A stretch of 52,918 bases of DNA from Octopus sinensis (GCF_006345805.1 NW_021833921.1:1-52918); one strand, 5' to 3'. Shown: positions 1 to 14,946, counted from the first letter of the stretch. Notes: generated from the letters alone by a model not told the origin. Program-made: numbers and translations.

Positions 1-116
1 CCGATAGAATAAGTACTGGGCTTAGAATAAGTACAGGGTCGATTTGCTCGACTAAAGGCGGTGCTCCAGCATGGCCGCAGTCAAATGACTGAAACAAATA
101 AAAGAGTAAAAGAGTA
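1..116 (+). mobile_element. 3' end of a tRNA-derived SINE (cut by window edge)
   Basis: GTCGATTTGCTCGACTAAAGGCGGTGCTCCAGCATGGCCGCAGTCAAATGACTGAAACAA plus a short repeat tail. The same tail ends the full SINE at 41128-41510 and occurs inverted at 15588-15710. Confidence 0.8.
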
Positions 117-145
117 ATATGTATGTATATATATACAATATATTG

Positions 146-3100
146 AGATAGTCGAGATGCTTAAACGGAGATGTGTGGATATATGTTGCATGCAAGATAT
201 AGGTGGAGAGGAGATCAGCTAGGTTCCTCACAGGCAAGGAACGCAGGTACAAGATTTTCTGGGCAGGGAACACTGACGGGGTTGGTGGCGTGGGTATACT
301 TATCGCTGAGAAAGGGTAGATAAAGTAATTGAGGTAATCAGAGTATGTGACAGAATACTTAAGATTAGATTAGTGCTTCATCATGGATTAGCAACCATTA
401 TATCGGCCTATGCTCCTCAGCCGGGGTTACCCGATGGACAGAAAGACCGATTCTATGACACTCTACTGCAGACTACCTCGTTGACGAACGACAGAGACCT
501 TATCTTTGTGGCTGGTGACTTCAATGGTCACGTTGGACGACATGCTGGGGGCTTCCATGGCGTACATGGAGGCTATAGCTATGGCTCCCGCAACGAGGAG
601 GGACCAGGCTGCTGGAGTTCTGCGATGCAAATAATCTTATGATTTGCAACACTAACTTCAGGAAACCTACCAGCCACCTAGTCACTTACCGATCGGGCCA
701 ACATACCAGCCAAATTGACTACATCCTTGCAAAGCAAAGGGAGAGATGGCTGCTTATAAATGCCAAAACCTTCCAGGTGAAGAATGTACCCCACAACATA
801 GACTGGTAGTTAGTGACATTAGGATCAGGACTAGGAGGACAACCAGAAGACGACCAATATGGAGAAGAAGGATCTGAAGCTTAAAGATCCTGCAAATGGA
901 CAGAGATTTAGGGACATATTACTTGAAGCCTTTGACGAAGTAGAAGGGGATAGAGCATCACAGGGGAAAGACAGCTGGACGTTTCTAAGGGACACCTGCT
1001 GAGAGCCACTGACCAGATCTGTGGCTGGTGCAAAGTCCCCTCTCGACCTAGAATAACGTGGTGGTGGAACAATATTGTAGATAGGGCTATTAGAGAAAAG
1101 AGACAGGAATGAAGGTCTGGAAAAATGGGGGTAGCAGGGAATTGTATCAGACTGCCAAAAGAGAAGCTAGGAGACAGGTTTATTTAGCCAGAGGGGAAGC
1201 AGATAAGAAAAAATTTGCCAATGTTCTGCGCCGTGAGGACCAAAGACTGGAGGTGTTTCGCGTTGCAAGACAGTGTGTGAGAGAGAATCGTGATGTGGTA
1301 GGAGAGAGTGTGTTCGCATGGAAGATGGTTCACTTGCGCTAAATGAGGATGCAAAGAGAGAGGTTTGGAGATGCCACTATGAAAGGTTGCTGATAAAGAA
1401 AATGAATGGATAAAGAGAGTCTGCCGAATGTTGACCCAACAGAGGGACCAGCTATTCGAGTTGATAGTTCCGTGGTAGCTAAGGCAATTAGAAGCATGAA
1501 GACAGGGAAAGCCCAGGCCCATCAGGAATCACTGCAGAGATGCTCAAAATGTCTGGTAGTGTCGGCTATAGCCTAGTCACCCGTATAGTTAATCAGGTGA
1601 TACACAAAGGAGTCATACCCAATGACTGGTGTAGCAGCATAATAGTCAACTGCTACAAAGGTAAAGGTGACGCCCTAGATACAAATAACTACAGAGGTAT
1701 CAAGCTGTTGGATCAGGTCATAGCCCAACTAATTAGAGAGAGAGTTAGTTTAGATGAGATGCAGTTTGGGTTTGTGCCAGGGAAAAGTACTACTGATGCT
1801 ATAATCCTGGTAAGGCAGCTGCAGGAGAAATACCTAGCCAAAGATAAGCCCCTGTACCTGGCTTTTGTTGACATGGAGAAAGCCTTCGACAGGGTCCCCC
1901 GATCCCTTATCTGGTGGGCAATGAGGAAACTAGGGATAGATGAATGGTTAGTGAGAGCTGTGCAAGCCATGTACAGGGACGCTGCTAGTAAGGTGAGGGT
2001 TGGCAACGAGTACAGTGCAGAATTCCGGGTAGAGGTAGGGGTCCACCAAGGCTCAGTCCTCAGCCCCCTCCTATTTATCATAGTCCTCCAGGCAATAACG
2101 GAGGAATTGAAGACAGGATGCCCTTGGGAGCTCCTCTATGCTGATGACCTTGCTCTAATTGCTGAGTCGCTATCAGAACTGGAGGAGAAGTTTCAGGTGT
2201 GGAAACAAGGATTAGAATCGAAGGGCCTCAGAGTCAATCTAGCTAAAACCAAAGTCGTAATCAGTAGGAAGGTAGACAAATCACAAACGCCTTCAGGTAG
2301 ATGGCCCTGCTCAATCTGTAGAAAAGGTGTAGGTAGAAACTCTATAAGATGCACCAAGTGTAAGCTATGGACACATAAGATGTGCAGCAATGTCAAAGGA
2401 AGGCGAACTAGGAAGATGGTTTTTGTATGTAGCAGATGCTCAGGAACAATAAACACTGAAAATGCTCTGAGACCAACTTCCGTCACTTTCCAGGGAGTAA
2501 AACTAGAAATAGTTGATAGTTTCCGTTACCTAGGTGACCAAGTCAGCAGCGGGGGCGGGTGTGCTGAAAGTGTAACTGCTAGAGTAAGAATAGCTTGGGC
2601 AAAGTTCAGAGAGCTCTTACCTCTGCTTTTGACAAAAGGCCTCTCGCACAGAGTGAAAGGCAGACTGTATGATGCGTGTGTACGAACAGCCATGCTACAT
2701 GGCAGTGAAACATGGGCCGTGACTGCTGAGGACATGCGTAAGCTCGCAAGAAATGAAGCCAGTATGCTCCGATGGATGTGTAATGTCAGTACTCATACTC
2801 GGCAGAGTGTAAGTACCTTGAGAGAAAAGCTGGACGTTTGCGCTGGTATGGTCATGTGGCGAGAATGGATGAAGATAGTTGTGTGAAAAAGTGCCACACC
2901 CTAGCAGTTGAGGGAACCTGCGGGAGAGGCAGACCCAGGAAAACCTGGGACGAGGTGGTGAAGCACGACCTTCAAACTTTAGGTCTCACTGAGGAAATGA
3001 CTAGAGACCGAGACCTCTGGAAGTGTGCTGTGCGCGAGAAGACCCGGCAGGACAAGTGAGTCCATAACCCGTGGCCTTCTACATGGGATGGAGCCAGCCT

Positions 3101-3640
3101 ACGTATGCATACCTTCCCTCTTGGGACACAAAACTCTACTTGTGAAGACTTGTTGAGGCAAGTGAGGATCAGAATCGAAATCGTTCAATGGAAATTGCAG
3201 ATGTGTTACCAGTGCCGGTGGCATGTCGAAACTCTACTTGTGAAGACCTGTTGAGGCAAGTGAGGATCAGAATCGAAATCGATCAATGGAAATCGATCAA
3301 TGGAAATTGCAGATGTGTTACCAGTGCCGGTGGCATGTAAGAGAACCTTCCGTTTTGCGACCGTTGCCTGCGCCGCCCCACTGGCCTCATGCCGGTGGCA
3401 CATAAAAAGCACCATCCGTTCGTGGCCGTTTGCCAGATCTGTCTGGCACCTATGCGGGTGGCACGTAAAAAAACCCCCACTACACTCACGGAGTGGTTGG
3501 CGTTAGGAAGGGCATCCAGCCGTAGAAAACACTGCCAGATTTGACTGGCCTGATGAAGCCATCTGGCTTCACAGACCCCAGTAGAACCGTCCAATCCATG
3601 CTAGCATGGAAAACGGACGCTAAACGATGATGATGATGAT
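146..3640 (+). mobile_element. RTE-clade non-LTR retrotransposon, copy 1 (APE endonuclease + RT, frameshifted) with (GAT)n tail
   Basis: APE motifs SAYAPQ and GDFNGHVG (373-642). RT ORF 1540-2886 with QFGFVPGKSTTDAI, FVDMEKAFD, GVHQGSVLSPLLF, YADD and YLG. C-terminal RWYGHVARM..GRGRPRKTW (2838-3059). 3' UTR ends in TAAAC(GAT)n at ~3621-3640. Confidence 0.93.
1540..2886 (+). pseudogene. RTE reverse transcriptase domain with embedded PHD-type C4HC3 finger
   Basis: 448-aa ORF with intact YADD. It is part of a longer ORF broken by frameshifts and stops upstream and downstream. Confidence 0.9.
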
Positions 3641-3666
3641 ATATTATATATATATATACAATATAT

Positions 3667-3720
<54 letters not shown>

Positions 3721-3999
3721 ATATAAAATATATATATATAAATGATGATGATGATGATGATGATATATACATATATATATAATATATAACATATATAATA
3801 TATATATTATATATATACAATATATAATATATATATATAAAATATATAATATATATATATATATATTACATATATAATATATATATATACAATATATAAT
3901 ATATATATATACAATATATAATTATATATATATATACAATATAATATATATATATATATAAATATATAATATAATATATATACAATATATAATATATAT

Positions 4000-4037
<38 letters not shown>

Positions 4038-4250
4038 ATATATATATATATATACAATTATATATATACAATATATATATATATATACAATATATATGTA
4101 CAATATATATATATATATATATATTGTATATATATATATATATATATACAATATATACAATATATAAAATATATAACAATATATATATATATATATATTG
4201 TATATATATATATATATACTGTTATATATACTATATAGTATGTATATATA

Positions 4251-4284
<34 letters not shown>

Positions 4285-4368
4285 ATATACTGTATATATA
4301 TATATACTGTATATATATATATATATACCGTATATATATATATATAGTGTATATATATATATATACTG

Positions 4369-4402
<34 letters not shown>

Positions 4403-4434
4403 TATATATATATACTGTATATATATATATACTG

Positions 4435-4467
<33 letters not shown>

Positions 4468-4584
4468 ATCTATCTATCTATATATATATTGTTATATTTC
4501 AGAATGGTCATATTGCCAGTTTAGCCAATAAAAAAATCTTGCACAACAAATATTTAAACGTATATATATATATATATATATATC

Positions 4585-4664
<80 letters not shown>

Positions 4665-4999
4665 ATTATATATATATCTATATATATAGATATATTATAT
4701 ATATATTATTATATATATCTATATATATTATATAATATACAATATATATATATATATACCATATATATATACTAATACAATATATATATATATATATATA
4801 CTATATATATATAGTATACAATATCTATATATATACAATTACTATCTATATATATATATATATATCATATATATAATATATATATATATATAGTATACAA
4901 TATATATATATATAATCTAATATATATAGATATATATACAATATCTCTATCTATATACAATATATATATATATATACAATATATATATATATATAATAT

Positions 5000-5030
<31 letters not shown>

Positions 5031-5087
5031 CCAATATATATATATATATATATCCACTATATATATAATATATATATATATATACAC

Positions 5088-5128
<41 letters not shown>

Positions 5129-6052
5129 ATAGATATATCTATATACAATATATATTATATATATATACCAATATATACAATATATCATATATAGTATATA
5201 TACAATTATATATATATATAATATATCCAATATCTAGATATATATATATATATATATACAATATAATATATCTATCCAATATATATATATACAATATATA
5301 TCTATATATACAATATATATATATATACAATAATATATATATATATATACAATATATATATATATACAATATATATATATATATACTCTATACTATATAA
5401 CATATATATGATATTATATATACATATATATATATATACACATATCTATATATCTAAATATATATATCATATAATATATTCCACTATATATATATATATA
5501 TCTATCTAACAATATATATATATCTACCATATATATCTCTATATATATATATACAATATATATATATATATACAATATCTATATAATACATATATATATA
5601 TATACCATATTATATATACTATATATCTATACAATATATATATATATACAACAATATATATCTCTAATATATATATATATACAATCTATCTATATATACA
5701 ATATTATATATATATATATACAATATTATATATATATCAATATATATATATACATACTATATATCTATATATATATACTACTATATATATATATACATAC
5801 TATATATCTATATATATACTATCTCTATAATAATACCTACTATATATATATATACAATATATATATATCTATATATATATACATACATATATATATATAT
5901 ACCATATATATCATATATATATATATATCAATATATATATATATCTAATCCACTATATACTTCTATATACATATATCTATATAATAATATATATATATAT
6001 ATCTATATAATATATATATATATATATATAAACCAATATATATATATATATG

Positions 6053-6092
<40 letters not shown>

Positions 6093-6438
6093 TATACAAT
6101 ATATATCTATATACTATATATATACCGTATATATATATATCTATATTTATATACACCGTATATATATATATATTTGTATATATATATAATATATCTATAT
6201 ATATATCTATATATATCTCTATATATATATATACCGTATATATATCTATATATCTATATATATCTATATACCGTATATCTATATCTATATCTATATAATA
6301 CCGTATATATCTATCTATACTAGATATACCGTATATCTATATATCTATATATTTGTATATATATATATATACCGTATATATATATTTGTATATATATATA
6401 TATTTGTCTATTATATATTCTATATATATCTATATATA

Positions 6439-6491
<53 letters not shown>

Positions 6492-7099
6492 GGTTTTGTT
6501 ACATATTTCTCGATAAATTTTGAGCGCTAGACGATATACCAGAATCCCTAGTTTTGTCGGGACGTTCGGAGTCTGCGCAGTGATCTGATTAGTTAGAGAG
6601 AGTAAATCATTAGAAGCACATGCTTCTAGTGAGTTAGGATCTCAGAACAACAGGGCTCTTACCGATGAATTCTCCCTGAGCAATAAATTATCTTTATTGC
6701 TGAAAAGAAAGAAACTGCAGTCTAAGAGTAACCGAGTTAGTAAATGTTTTTATCTTCATTTCACTAAATTTATCTAGCTTCTGTGTTCCTAGCACATATT
6801 TCGCCTTATGTACTGATATATGGAAAATATATGGCTTGTGCTAGAAATACCAGCGATTATAATTATTTTTATTTTATCGCAATTTGATTTGTTTTCTTTA
6901 TATATATAATATATATATAATATATATATTATACAATATATATATATATATATGTATATATATTATATATAATATACTGTATATAGATATATATTGTATA
7001 TATATATATATATATATATACTGTATATATATATATATTGTATATATATATATATAGATATTGATATATATATCTATATATCTGTATATATATATATTG

Positions 7100-7152
<53 letters not shown>

Positions 7153-7195
7153 TATATATATATATATATATAATATACAATATATATATATATAT

Positions 7196-7237
<42 letters not shown>

Positions 7238-7755
7238 ATATAATATATATATATATCTTATATATCAATATATATATATATATATATATATATCAATATA
7301 TATATATATATATATATATCAATATATATATATATATATATTGTATATATATATCCTTAAAAATCCTTAAAAATGTTTTAGCCCGAAGGCCGCGGCCATG
7401 CTGGGCACCACCGCTGAATAGCTACACTAGTTTGTGAATCCACCTCTGATACGTGGCACTTGATCAACAAGGGAGTTCGATGCTGCTGCCCGCATCTGTG
7501 TCTCCTGTCGTGAGGTAGGTTCATCTGGGACTCCCAACAGAAGAGATCCAGTTTTAGTTTTAAAGAAACCCACATCCACACCATGTAAGTCTCTCAGGCA
7601 TTTAGGGAGGATGTTAAAGAGCTGTGGTCCTCTGAAACCCAAGCTGTTGCAGTATCTGGACCTGTATTTTGATGGTGATGTTGGAATCCTTGGCACCACG
7701 CAGCGGCGCCCCGTTCTGCGGTTGGAGTAACTTTATACAATATATATATATTGTA

Positions 7756-7794
<39 letters not shown>

Positions 7795-7930
7795 TGTATA
7801 TATATATATAATATATATATTGTATACAATATATATATATATATATTGTATACAATATATATATTATCGTATATATATATATATATTGTATACATATATC
7901 TATATATACAATATATCTATATAATACAAT

Positions 7931-7970
<40 letters not shown>

Positions 7971-8038
7971 CACTATATATTTATACAATATATCTATATA
8001 TATACCATATATATATATATAAAATATATATATATATA

Positions 8039-8091
<53 letters not shown>

Positions 8092-8161
8092 ATATATATA
8101 TATATATACAATATCTATATATATATATCCAATATATATATATATCAATATAATATATACA

Positions 8162-8192
<31 letters not shown>

Positions 8193-8219
8193 ATATATAT
8201 ATATATATATTATATATAT

Positions 8220-8261
<42 letters not shown>

Positions 8262-8270
8262 ATATATCAG
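3641..8270. repeat. Long degenerate (TA)n microsatellite field with three non-repetitive islands
   Basis: TA dinucleotide runs interrupted by CAA/TTG/CTG/CCG/TC variants. Islands at ~4490-4560, 6490-6897 and 7355-7735. Confidence 0.97.
7356..7730 (-). mobile_element. 3' terminal fragment of a LINE (CR1/L2 group-like ORF2 C-terminus)
   Basis: Minus-strand translation RYCNSLGFRGPQLFNILPKCLRDL..FFK(T)KLDLF..VPDEP resembles the 'F..R...LWNxLP...FKxxLD' end of LINE ORF2. Confidence 0.7.
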
Positions 8271-8652
8271 CTACAATGTATTGTATTTTCTATTTTTATT
8301 TCTATGTCTAGTTATATTTGTAATATATTATGTATAATGTCATTGCTGTTGTGTAATGGTTTAATAAAGTATTGATTGGGTATTATCTGATGGTTGATGA
8401 TTGATTTAGGTATGTTTCTCCATTTTCTCATTTTGTATATATACATATATATATATATACAATATACATATACATATATACAATATATATATATATTCTC
8501 ATCACCTAAAGGAAGACAGTATATTTATAAGGAGCATTCATGAATAAGTCTACCTCTGTATATAAATACAGTCTATAACAAGGAACAGCGGAATATTTTT
8601 CTTTCTGTGGAATGTATGGAAGAAACATTGCATTAAATTGTTATCTGAATGA

Positions 8653-10130
<1,478 letters not shown>

Positions 10131-10317
10131 TATATAAAATACTTATTGACAACTTACCGTATTCAGACAAAAACTACAAATCACAGACCGATAACTAATT
10201 AGTCTAATTAATAATAATGATGTCAATTTCAAAGCACCTTGCACACACAGAAGACAGTAAGTGTATGACGTCATCAAGAGTGAAAGCACACTGTTTTGTG
10301 GCCGACCGGAATGAGCA

Positions 10318-10677
10318 ATTCATACAGGAGAGAAACCTTACCATTGTGATATCTGTGGTAAACCATTCTCTCGTAATAGTCAATTTGTTAGTCACAATCG
10401 CACTCATACAGGAGAGAAACCTTGTCATTGTGATATCTGTGGTAAGTTACTCCCTTGTAAGAGTCAATTGACTAAGCACAAACGTGTTCATACAGGAAAG
10501 ACACCATATCAGTGTGATATCTGTGGAAAATCGTTTTCTCGAAATAGTCATTTGGTTACTCACAATCGCCTTCATACAGGAGAGAAACCTTATCATTGTG
10601 AGATCTGTGGTGAGTCATTTTCTCAAAGGCATCAGTTGAATAGACACACGCATACACATGCAGTAGAGAAGCCATAA
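10318..10677 (+). pseudogene. C2H2 zinc-finger gene 0, 3' part (4 fingers)
   Basis: An open frame from [13 protein letters not shown] through ORF 10468-10677 ([42 protein letters not shown]), followed by a decayed finger after the stop. Confidence 0.85.
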
Positions 10678-11599
10678 CCTTGCATTACTTGTTGTAATTC
10701 ATTTTTTGCAAATGGTGTTGTAACTACACACGAAAATCTTCATGAATGCTCCTTATAAATATGCTGTCTTCCTCTAGGTGATGAGAATATCAAAGACACT
10801 TCTGAATGTAGAGATTTCCTTCATGTCAACATGTTGTGATATTCTGAAATAGGAAAAGAAGCAGTAAGATAAAACTGGATAGTTGACCAACATAAGTAAT
10901 TCAACATTGCAGATTTTATATCACTACCATTGTCATGCATTTACTGTCCATGCTTGCATAAGTAGATTGAGTTGGAAGGTGTTAGAAGCTAATGGGAATG
11001 GAGCTAGCCAAAACGAAAATATAGTGGGCATAACATGACCAGAGTAGTGAGTTGATGCCATCCAGAATTTCGCAGAGCAAAGTTGCCACAAGTGAAATGG
11101 GCTGTTTATGAAGTGATCAGAGTTAATGATAAAGAAGCATTGTTACTCGTCTGCCGCCTTTCCGCTAACTAATTAAAACTCCCACTTCTCTTCATGGGCA
11201 CTGAACTTCCCTCTAGGATCCATACGTGCCCACCCTGAAGGGCTGGAGAATGCCCCTCCCACCTAACCAGGAGTCCCTTCTCTGAAGACCAGCTTGCTAG
11301 CTAGCCCACAGTGAAGGCCCCTCTTTATATTTAGTCTGTCAAAACTTGGTGCCCCAAACATCTTTCCGTTAAAAAAAAAATCATTATCATTATTATTATT
11401 ATCATCAACATTAATATTTTACAAACCCCAAAAAGTAGAGTCGACTCATCGAGCAAAATCCTGACTCCGAATACATCTTACAATTTCATGAGTCCTTCAA
11501 TTTAAAAAGGGACAACAGTAATTATACTCCTTCCTCTAGCAGGTGTTACGACCACTCACGGAAATGGTGACACACGTCTTTGTGAGCAGGAAGGATCTC

Positions 11600-11800
11600 C
11601 TCAGTAGAATCAATAGCTGCAAGCCCTCTGAAGACCTCACAGGTTGTGTCCGGGTAGAATGGATATAATTCGCCTCTACTCATCTATAGACAGAGATTTT
11701 CTTGTGGGGTGCTTGTAAAGACAAGAACATTACATACGTTGGTGAGACATCTAGAAGCATTGCAGGGGGATGAAATAAAAATTAGAGGCAGCATGACCAC
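11600..11800 (+). mobile_element. Penelope-like element relic (GIY-YIG endonuclease fragment)
   Basis: 11711-11766 translates ACKDKNITYVGETSRSIA and is preceded (across a frameshift) by IYR..FSC. This matches the Penelope 'VY.I.C..C....YVGET.R' motif. Confidence 0.6.
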
Positions 11801-11827
11801 ATAACCAGTCCTCCATACTCTACCAAA

Positions 11828-12190
11828 GGTACTACTCAAAGACTGGTCCCGGTGCGCGTACTCGTGACTGGTCGATCCTTCAACGACTACCTAGCGCGAG
11901 TATGCAAATTAACAGATGCACGCATAATAATATATGTATATAATGGCTGAATATATATCAAATAAAATGGGTTTTGTCTTAAACAAAGTAAATAAAAGAC
12001 TCAACAAAAGAAATTACTTACTTTGTGTTTTATTTTCTTTGTTTAAAAAATTTATTTGCTAAAAGAAACCTCATACATGTCTAGCCCATGCGAGTGTGAT
12101 TTTTAGTCGCGCACTCGAGTTATGTATTCTTTGTAAGATCGACTAGTCACGACTAGCTAGCACCGGGACCACTCTTGTAGAAAAGAACCC
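11828..12190. mobile_element. ~360-bp MITE with ~55-bp imperfect TIRs (GG...CC ends)
   Basis: Left end GGTACTACTCAAAGACTGGTCCCGGTGCGCGTACTCGTGACTGGTCGATC. Right end GATCGACTAGTCACGACTAGCTAGCACCGGGACCACTCTTGTAGAAAAGAACC. A second right end lies at 15760-15840. Confidence 0.7.
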
Positions 12191-12205
12191 ATATATATAT
12201 ATATA

Positions 12206-12915
12206 CTAGCAGCATAGCCCAGCGTTGCCCGGGTATGTAAGCGCCCCTAGTAGGCAACGACTAATCCCAATCTTGTCCTTTCCCTCTAGGGAACGAAGGC
12301 GCATGTGTAGGCTGCAATGTCTTCTCTTCACTCCCAAATAACTATCAAACAGCTATCGATAATTCAACCCAACCAATTCCTACCAGGAAGAAGTTACATT
12401 CAAGACTTCTGCCAATAGCTGTTGCAGCCGCAAGTTATTCAAATACATCTTTTTGTTTTAACTTTCTTTATAACTACCACCCCAAACGTTTTACCTTAAA
12501 TTTTTGACGTACCCTAAGGGTCCTCGGACGCTACTTGCAAACTCTTGGTTTATTATAAACCGCTTTTGTCGTGTGCACCAAAAAACCTTTTCCATTCGCT
12601 TGTTCAGTTTGGTCACTTTTGACTTTTTTGGGACACTTACCCCACGTGTTCCGAGAGTTAAAAAGGTCGAGTTGCGTCCCCTAGACAGTCTGTAGAAAAT
12701 GTGTTGCATATAAAAAGCTTAGATTCTCGACCCCATGTCGAATTTATCGATTTTTTTTCAGAACTAGGGGAACTTTTCAAAATTTTCGCTGCGTTAGTTT
12801 TGAATTATGACATTGGGCTATGTGTGTGTCAAGTTTCATCAGAACCAGTTGAAAGCCGTGGTCAGGGTGAGGGTACAACCTGACAGACAGACAAACTGCC
12901 GTTTATATATAGAGA
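12206..12915 (-). mobile_element. Non-autonomous Helitron, copy 1
   Basis: On the minus strand it starts TC(TCTATATATAAACGGCAG) and ends with the hairpin CCCGGGCAACGCTGGG plus CTAG. It is inserted between A and T with no TSD. Confidence 0.8.
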
Positions 12916-12927
12916 TATATATATATA

Positions 12928-13302
12928 CTAGCAGTATCGCCCGGCGTTGCTCAGGTTTGTAAGGGAAATAACTATAAAGCATTTTTAGAGAGTTATAGCC
13001 AAAAAATAGCAAAAAAATGGAAAAAAATGATGGTAAATTTTTTTTTAGTTAAAAAAGGTGGAGTTGCGTCCCCTAGACAGTTTGTGTTTCTGATTCTGGA
13101 CCCCATGTCGAATTTATCGATTTTTTTCAGAACTGGGGGAACTTTTCAAAATTTTCGCTGCGTTAGTTTTGAATTATGACATTGGGCTATGTGTGTGTCA
13201 AGTTTCATCAGAATCGGTTGAAAGCCGTGGTCAGGGTGAAGGTACAAGCAAACAGACACACAGAAACACGCACAGACAAACTGCCGTTTATATATAGAGA
13301 GA
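12928..13302 (-). mobile_element. Non-autonomous Helitron, copy 2
   Basis: Same 5' TC end and internal block (GAACTTTTCAAAATTTTCGCTGCG...), with 3' hairpin plus CTAG at 12928-12955. Confidence 0.8.
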
Positions 13303-13615
13303 TATATAGTAGGTAGTAGTCGCGAAGACTGAACCCGGTTTGCACAGACGCGCATCTGCGCAAGCCAGTCGTAGGTAGTCGATCCTACAGCGACTTGCGT
13401 ATGCAAATGAGCTGATTGGCGCAACATTGCAAAAACTAAGTTAATAGCGAGCCCCTACTGGAGCTTAGGAAATATTTTTCAATGATATTCGGTGTATATT
13501 ATTTTAAAGACAATTGCTTTTTTTTTTTTTCATTACAAAAGAATTAGAAGCATTGAAAAACATGTTTTTCAAAGTAGAACACTACAGGCAACAATTCACT
13601 TGTGTTTAGTTTGAA

Positions 13616-14018
13616 CTAGCAGCATAGCCCGGCGTTGCCCGGGTATGTAAGAGCCCCTAGTAGGCAACGACTAATCCCAATCTATTTCTTTCCCTCTAGG
13701 GAACGAAGGCACATGTGTAGGTTGCAATGTCTTCTCTTCACTCGAATACTTCTGTGTATACGATGTTCCTAGCTGTCTCCCGATTGCAAGTTGCAAAAAC
13801 TACAACAGAAAATGTGTCGCATATAAAAAGCTTAGATTCTCGACCCCCATGTCGAATTTATCGATTTTTTTCAGAACTGGGGGAACTTTTCAAAATTTTC
13901 GCTGCGTTAGTTTTGAATTATGACATTGGGCTATGTGTGTGTCAAGTTTCATCAGAACCAGTTGAAAGCCGTGGTCAGACACACAGACAGACAAACTGCC
14001 GTTTATATATAGAGAAGA
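13616..14018 (-). mobile_element. Non-autonomous Helitron, copy 3 (internally deleted relative of copy 1)
   Basis: CTAGCAGCATAGCCCGGCGTTGCCCGGG at 13616 and GACAAACTGCCGTTTATATATAGAGAAGA at the other end. The first ~125 bp are nearly identical to copy 1. Confidence 0.8.
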
Positions 14019-14419
14019 TAGCTACGGCAAACAGCAGCATGAAAATTCAAAAAGAAGTTTTAAAAAATTGGCTTAACCCCTCCCCAACAAGGTAATTTTA
14101 CTGTAGGCTTCAACAGGAAAATCGGTTACTGGTGACAAGCCAACAACGTGGGGTCAGAATTTATTTGCCAGGCAGATAGAGGAAGGGTAGTACAGTGACA
14201 GAACACCGACGAAGATAACACTAATTGCCTCGTATGAAATGGTTCACTGCGTTAACTTATGAGGCTCCTGTCAACGACCAAGTCTCTTCAATGTAAACTT
14301 ATAGTAACCAAATTTCCACCACGTAGAAATAAAACATTTCTATGAAGTAAAGGGTTATTTTACGTCTGGTTAAAAATAAACTCCTTTGATCAGGTCTGCA
14401 CGACCAGGGCAGTGTTGGG

Positions 14420-14610
14420 ACACTTCAGTTTGGAAGTTATTAATTAAGACGAGGTACGTTCTGAGTTCAAATTCCGTCGAGGCTGACTTTAACCTTTTAT
14501 TCCTTCTGGGTCGATAAATTAAGTACCAGTTAAATATTGATGCCGATATGATCGACCATTGACCGCCCTCAAATTTCAGGTCTTGTATCTAAAGAAGAAA
14601 ATATTATTTA
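14420..14610 (+). mobile_element. Decayed tRNA-derived SINE fragment (second family)
   Basis: B-box-like GAGTTCAAATTCCG..GAGG..GACTTT..CCTT..GGGTCGATAAATTAAGTACCAG. Related to 27685-27742 and 38652-38870. Confidence 0.6.
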
Positions 14611-14946
14611 AGACGAATTAATATATTTTCCTTATATTTTTATGTTTTCGCTTCGAAATGATTACTGTAACATCGAAAGATTCACAGAATTCTACGATTT
14701 ACAATATTATTATTAGTATTATTATCATCATTAAAGCCTTAAAGTAAATCTTTGTCAACTTACCCTGTTCAGATAGAAACTGTGAGTCAGTTAATTAAGC
14801 ACCTTAATTAATAATTGGAGCTTGGTTGATGTAGTGTAGAAGTTATTTCCCTTTGTATGATTGTATTTCTTGAATTCTCCAATAGATGTCTCTACTGACT
14901 GGTTGGATTCGTTCCAGCATTTTTGTCTGTTCCCTTATGTTAACTA

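Noticed and set aside
3135-3290. Possible hammerhead ribozyme in the RTE 3' UTR (CTGTTGAG...GAAA)
   Set aside because: The core deviates from CUGANGA and I could not build stems I-III.
3486-8223. Many Ile/Tyr-rich ORFs
   Set aside because: They are translations of (TA)n microsatellite.
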